From NCBI GenBank assembly GCA_903938075.1, contig CAJABS010000116.1, positions 1 through 48,131 of the forward strand: a stretch of DNA of 48,131 nt, read 5' to 3'. Origin of the DNA: an uncultured Chloroflexota bacterium (lineage in GTDB: Bacteria > Chloroflexota > Limnocylindria > Limnocylindrales > Limnocylindraceae). The translations under genes and the position numbers were made by a program. The notes under the pieces are model-generated. The model saw nothing but the letters and a program-made list of their open reading frames with translations, was not told the origin of the DNA and searched no databases. The number at the start of each line of letters is the position of its first letter. Within the stretch, counting starts at the first letter, position 1. Of the stretch, positions 46,530 through 48,131 are shown in pieces.

Positions 46530-48122
46530 ATGAAGATCATCATCACAGCCAAGAGCGCTGCGGCCAAGGCGGGCGTCTTGGTCACCCCAGTCTTTAGTGA
46601 TCAGCTCGACGCGCCGCATCTTCGTGAAGCTGACAGCAAGAGCGGCGGACGCATTGCTGCACTTCGTGCCATCGGCGAGGGGACAGGGAGCCGCTATAGC
46701 TGCACCCTCACCAGCGCTGGCCGACTCCCTGCCGAGCACCTCCTCTTGGTCGGCGCTGGCACTCGCGCCGACTTCGGACGACAGGAGCTGCAGCGTTGGG
46801 CGGCAGCTGCAACACGTCGCCTCGCCGGGCGTAAGGTCACCCGACTCGCCATCGATGCCACCGGCATCGTTGCTGCGCTGACCAGTACCTCGCCTGCACT
46901 ACGCGCCGAGGGTGGCGCGGCATTCGGCGCAGGGCTCTCCGCGAGCGCCACAAAGCAGAGCGATGCCGTGGTGATCGCCGTCGACTTCATTGTGCGCGGT
47001 GTCATTGATGGATCGTTCCATGAAGGTGTCGGCGGGAAGAGCGTGATTGAGGCGCAACCTGCCGCACTTACGGTGCTTGAGATCATCGTGCCAAGTGGAA
47101 GCGATCTCACGGCTGTACATGAGGGCGCACGTCGCGCAGAAATCATTGCGAGCGGCGTCGTGCGCACACGACGCTGGTCAAACTATCCGGCGAACGAGAT
47201 GCCGCCACTCGGCATTGCAGAGGAGGCGCGCGACCGCGCACGTGCCGTTGGGCTTCGAGCCACCATCATCACCGCCGCACAACTGCAGCGCATGGGCGCA
47301 GGCATGTTGGTCGCCGTCGGCAAGGGATCGAAGAATCCACCCTGCCTCGTCGTGCTCTCAGGCGGTAAGCCCGGCGCGAAAGACCCACTCGGCCGCCGCC
47401 TCGCCATGGTCGGCAAGGGCGTCTGCTTTGATACGGGTGGCATTTCGCTAAAGCCACCCGCCGAGATGGAGGAGATGAAGCACGACAAGAACGGTGCCAT
47501 TGCGGTCCTTGAAGCTGCGGCAACAATTGCGCAACTCGATCCGGGTCGACCAATTCATGCCGTTGCGGCGTGCGTCGAGAACATGCCGGGCGGAAACGCC
47601 ACGCGACCTGGTGACGTCGTCACCGCCCTTAACGGGAAGCGTGTCGAGATCACCAACACCGACGCCGAAGGGCGCCTCATCCTTGGCGACGCGCTGCACT
47701 ACGCGGAGCGAGAGCTCGGCGCAACACACCTTGTTGATGTCGCAACGTTGACCGGCATCGCCTATGCCGCATACGGTGGCGAGATCGCTGCCACCTGCGG
47801 CACCGATGCAGGATTCCTCGATGAGTTCCACCTCGCCGCACGCCGTGCAGGAGAGGTCTACTGGCCGTATCCGCTGGCAGAGGCCTACGTGAAGAACATG
47901 TCGACCTGGTCGGCTGACTTCCAGAACTCGGGCTCACGTGAGGCGTCACTGGTTCGTAGCGGCCTCTTCCTGCGTGAGTTCGTGACCGTGCCATGGGTGC
48001 ATCTCGATATTGCAGGGACCGCCTATCGCCGCAGCGTTGCCCCATTCGCTGGGCGCGGCTCCACGGGGGCGGCACACACCTCTCTCGTTGAGCTGGCCAT
48101 GGGGGGTGGCGTCCGTCGCTGA
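46530..48122 (+). CDS. pepA: Leucyl aminopeptidase (M17)
   Basis: ATG at 46530 follows GAGGAGGA. VGKGVCFDTGGISLKP and NTDAEGRLILGDAL motifs. The track ORF start at 46419 is an upstream extension. Confidence 0.88.
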   Translation: MKIIITAKSAAAKAGVLVTPVFSDQLDAPHLREADSKSGGRIAALRAIGEGTGSRYSCTLTSAGRLPAEHLLLVGAGTRADFGRQELQRWAAAATRRLAGRKVTRLAIDATGIVAALTSTSPALRAEGGAAFGAGLSASATKQSDAVVIAVDFIVRGVIDGSFHEGVGGKSVIEAQPAALTVLEIIVPSGSDLTAVHEGARRAEIIASGVVRTRRWSNYPANEMPPLGIAEEARDRARAVGLRATIITAAQLQRMGAGMLVAVGKGSKNPPCLVVLSGGKPGAKDPLGRRLAMVGKGVCFDTGGISLKPPAEMEEMKHDKNGAIAVLEAAATIAQLDPGRPIHAVAACVENMPGGNATRPGDVVTALNGKRVEITNTDAEGRLILGDALHYAERELGATHLVDVATLTGIAYAAYGGEIAATCGTDAGFLDEFHLAARRAGEVYWPYPLAEAYVKNMSTWSADFQNSGSREASLVRSGLFLREFVTVPWVHLDIAGTAYRRSVAPFAGRGSTGAAHTSLVELAMGGGVRR

Positions 48123-48131
48123 GGCTGATAC

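Overview
This is a high-GC (roughly 65%) chromosomal core segment. I saw no rRNA, convincing tRNA, CRISPR array, transposase or integrase. Gene content (LCP ligases, ThyX, class II RNR, hom-thrC-thrB order, tight gene overlaps) suggests an Actinomycetota- or Chloroflexota-like organism, but lineage cannot be fixed from sequence alone. I support about 44 protein genes. (1) 1-714 holds a partial secreted protein gene with an unusually low-GC 3' part. (2) 815-17112 is a 16.3-kb, 17-gene co-directional, mostly overlapping array: hom, an unknown coupled ORF, thrC, thrB, lysC, birA, fused accD-accA, a lysine-less BCCP paralog, accC, fabZ, a metallophosphoesterase, fabF, accB, fabH, fabG and an LCP ligase. 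(3) 17126-19772 holds an Nramp-family transporter with Mg-type (NRMT-like) site substitutions, translationally coupled to a soluble PRC/MgtE_N/CBS protein. (4) 19842-24053 holds a membrane protein, a TPR/HIRAN-like acidic-tailed protein and a 779-aa orphan. (5) 24037-32680 holds an ABA4-like membrane protein, DUF885, a DMT transporter, crtB-crtI, and iclR-acs. (6) 32681-33070 is a 390-nt ORF-free, hairpin-dense convergent intergenic region, a candidate structured ncRNA of unknown class. (7) 33071-40847 holds a second LCP, thyX preceded by a tiny Cys-rich protein that copies the NrdJ C-terminal tail, a LOG-family gene, an S33 peptidase and nrdJ. (8) 41128-48122 holds ccsA with a small membrane zinc-ribbon partner, a NYN/YacP-like gene, HAD-IIA, an arrestin-like orphan, LysE, an SDR and pepA. 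The most interesting candidates for undescribed biology are the split MgtE-sensor/NRMT pair, the non-biotinylatable BCCP paralog occupying the accB slot, the stand-alone RNR-tail-like protein coupled to thyX, the unknown ncRNA, and the TPR-HIRAN-like plus 779-aa pair. All family calls come from motif recognition by eye, not from searches.
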